Assembly (NCBI RefSeq): GCF_006345805.1
Contig: NW_021836636.1
Location: 1 to 25,042, forward strand
DNA length: 25,042 nucleotides
Origin: Octopus sinensis
Lineage: Eukaryota
Direction: 5' to 3'
The stretch's first letter is position 1, and each line of letters opens with the position of its first letter. Shown piece by piece: positions 22,747 to 25,042 of the stretch. A program made the position numbers and the translations under genes. The notes under the pieces are model-generated. The model worked only from the letters and a program-made list of their open reading frames with translations, was not told the DNA's origin and made no database searches.

Positions 22747-23067
22747 AGGGCGCGTGGCTTAGTGGTTAGGGCATTCCGTCTCATGATCGTAAGGTTTTGA
22801 GTTCGATTCCCGGCGACGCGTTTGTGTCCTTGAGAGCAAGACACTTTTATTTCCCGTTGCTCCAGTCCACTCAGCTGGCAAAAATGAGCTGTACTTGTAT
22901 TTCAAGGGTCAGCCTTGTCACTCTCTCTGTGTCACGCTGATTATCCCCGAGAACTACGTTAAGGGTACACGTGTCTGTGAATGCTCAGCCATTTGCACGT
23001 TAATTTCACGAGCAAGCTGTTCCGTTGATCGTATCAGCTGGGACCCTCGTCATCGTAACGCGGAGTC
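22747..23067 (+). mobile_element. tRNA-derived SINE (family B), copy 2 within the duplication
   Basis: Duplicate of 21115-21432. Confidence 0.85.
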
Positions 23068-23710
23068 TTTAAAATATTGTGTGTGTATGTGTGTGTGACT
23101 GTATGTAGTATATGGTTGTGTGTATGTATGTGTGGTTGCATGAAGTCTGTCATGTGAGTAAGACTGCATGCCATGTGTGTATGTGTGTGTGTGAATTTTG
23201 TTTGTTGGGTGTGGTTGGGTAATAGTGGTTTTCACGGGTGGACGTTGTAGTTTGAGTGTGTGTGGTTTGTGTGTGTGTGTGTGTATGTGTGTTTTTGTGT
23301 GAAGGAGGGTGTGAATTGAGGGTGTGCCTGCGGTGAATAATCGAGTCTGTATTAAAAGGAAAAGAGAAAAAAGAAAATGATTAAACTGAAAAATAAAAAC
23401 AATTTAATGATTTGAAAAAATTAAAGGGAATCAAGTTAAATAAATACAATTAAATTACAAGCTTAAATTTAAAAAAAAAAATCTTTTTAAAAATCTACCT
23501 TTTAATGTGATTACTTTCGTACCTGATTCTTTATTGTTAGCTATAAATTTTAAATATGAAAATGAATTAAGAACATATATTCCATATGCATTAAGTCAAT
23601 GAACTTCCATTCCAAATATTTTCCCTTTTCAATATTTTTCTCTAATATATAAACATTTTCTTTTCGATGCGAATGTTATTCCAACCTAAGATAAATATTT
23701 TCCTTCTTTA

Positions 23711-23931
23711 AGGCGGCGAGCTGGCAGAATCGTTAGCATGCCGGGCGAAATGCGTATCCATAGTTCGTCTGCCGTTACGTTCTGAGTTCAAATTCCGCCG
23801 AGGTCGACTTTGCCTTTCATCCTTTCGGGGTCGATAAATTAAGTACCAGTTACGCACTGGGGTCGATGTAATCCCTTTGTCTGTCCCTTTGTCTCTCTGT
23901 GTTTAGCCGCTTGTGAGTAGTAAAGAAATAG
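23711..23931 (+). mobile_element. Family M SINE, full-length monomer
   Basis: A-box-like TGGCAGAATCGTT, B box GAGTTCAAATTCC and tail GTAGTAAAGAAATAG. Diverged TSD-like flanks AAATATTTTCCTTCTTTA and AAATATCTCCCTTCTTA. Confidence 0.88.
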
Positions 23932-24132
23932 AGAAATATCTCCCTTCTTAGTCGCCGTGTATTTCTGTGTTCTCCACCAATCTTATTAATTCCCATTCGC
24001 CACATATCATTACTTATGTTCTGCTATACTTTTACATGCTTCGGTCATTAAACTCCGGCCATGCTGTAGCTAGCACCTTGGTTTATAGGGATATTCGAAT
24101 AAATCGGCTCTGGTATTCTTTTATTCTTTTAA

Positions 24133-24509
24133 TTGTTTCAGTCATTTGAATGTGGCCCTGCTGGAGCACCGGCTTTAGTCGAACAAATCACCCCCAGGAC
24201 TTATTCTTTGTTAGCCTAGTACTTATTCTATCCTTCAATTTTGCTGAACTGCTAAGTTACAGATACGTAAACACACCAGCATCGGTTGTCAAGCGATGGT
24301 TGGTGGGGACAAACACACACACACAAATATACATATACATATATACGTCGGGCTTCTTTCAGTTTCCGTCTACCAAATCCACTCACAAGGCTTTGGTCAG
24401 CCCGAGGCTATAGTAGAAGACACTTGCCCATGGTACCACGCAGTAGGACTTAACCCGGAACCATGTGGCTGGTAAGCAAGCTACTTATCACACATACACT
24501 CCCGCGCCT
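24133..24509 (-). mobile_element. Family A SINE, full-length and uninterrupted
   Basis: Head with a B-box-like segment (24346-24509), short CA/TA microsatellite (24310-24345) and 3' domain (24133-24310). Confidence 0.88.
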
Positions 24510-24529
24510 ATTTTAAGTTTCGTAATAAC

Positions 24530-24605
24530 TGTATTATCTCTTATGCCGAACCGCTAACTGACGGGGGCATAAACAAAGCCTCATCGGTTTTCAAGTGATG
24601 AGGTT
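24530..24605 (-). mobile_element. Diverged family A SINE 3'-domain fragment
   Basis: tctcttatgccgaaccgctaa...catcggttttcaagtgatg aligns to 3587-3650. Confidence 0.55.
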
Positions 24606-25042
24606 ACAGACAAAAACAAGCACGCATATTATACATATAAATGTGTATGGGTGTGTATGTTAACCAAACGAATACCCACCGTCGGACATCATATTCTGGA
24701 CGCCTTACTTCCTTCAGTATAGGCACATTAAAGCTCCAAAGCCTGGCAACTGTCTTAGTAAGCACCCATAAGATTATCCAACATCGTTCCAACAACAACT
24801 AGGGGCACCTTTTTGGAGTCCATATGTGAAACACTCGTGGACATGCTTACAAAATCAAAAAACGTGCACACACACACACACACACACACAAAATCAAAAT
24901 CACAACACAGCACCCATGACTCTCGGAATCACTTTTTCACGCTCAGAATTGCTAAAATATGGAATAAACTATCCGCATCAGTTGTTAGTCATCAAGACAA
25001 TACATCTTTCATAATTCATCCAATCCATCAAATTCGTCAACA

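Larger units (their letters stand above)
20500..23764. repeat. Direct tandem duplication, unit ~1.63 kb (about 20500-22124 and 22125-23764)
   Basis: SINE dimer, exon, family B SINE, TG tract and AT-rich spacer recur in the same order. Equivalent positions are 20476, 22102 and 23741. The units differ mainly by small indels. Confidence 0.92.

Noticed and set aside
24660-24800. Possible 3' end of a restriction-endonuclease-type non-LTR element (KLQSLATVLVSTHKII)
   Set aside because: Similarity is too weak to support by eye.

Overview
AT-rich animal genomic DNA crowded with microsatellites. The SINE families and repeat density point to an octopod cephalopod (inference from memory, no database check). 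The centre is a 5.2-kb Penelope-like retroelement (9246-14485, coding on the - strand). It encodes RT plus a C-terminal GIY-YIG endonuclease with a CxCx5C linker (Hydra-clade-like) and two Asn-rich expansions. It is bounded by ~810-bp inverted pseudo-LTRs, each carrying a type I hammerhead ribozyme. A second, unrelated hammerhead lies in a 730-bp non-coding element (3728-4457) with similar inverted-end architecture, nested in the internal microsatellite of a SINE. A 265-bp near-perfect palindrome lies 140 bp beyond the large element. On the right, a YY1/E2F-motif promoter leads into a candidate two-exon gene for an unrecognised ~73-aa protein (17659-17716 joined to 20898-21061). Its second exon lies inside a 1.63-kb tandem duplication whose junction is a chimeric SINE. 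The rest is tRNA-derived SINEs, a CR1/L2-type LINE scrap and simple repeats. Most ORFs in the supplied track are microsatellite artefacts. The many single-base indels suggest an under-polished long-read assembly, so frameshifts and the duplication need read-level checks.
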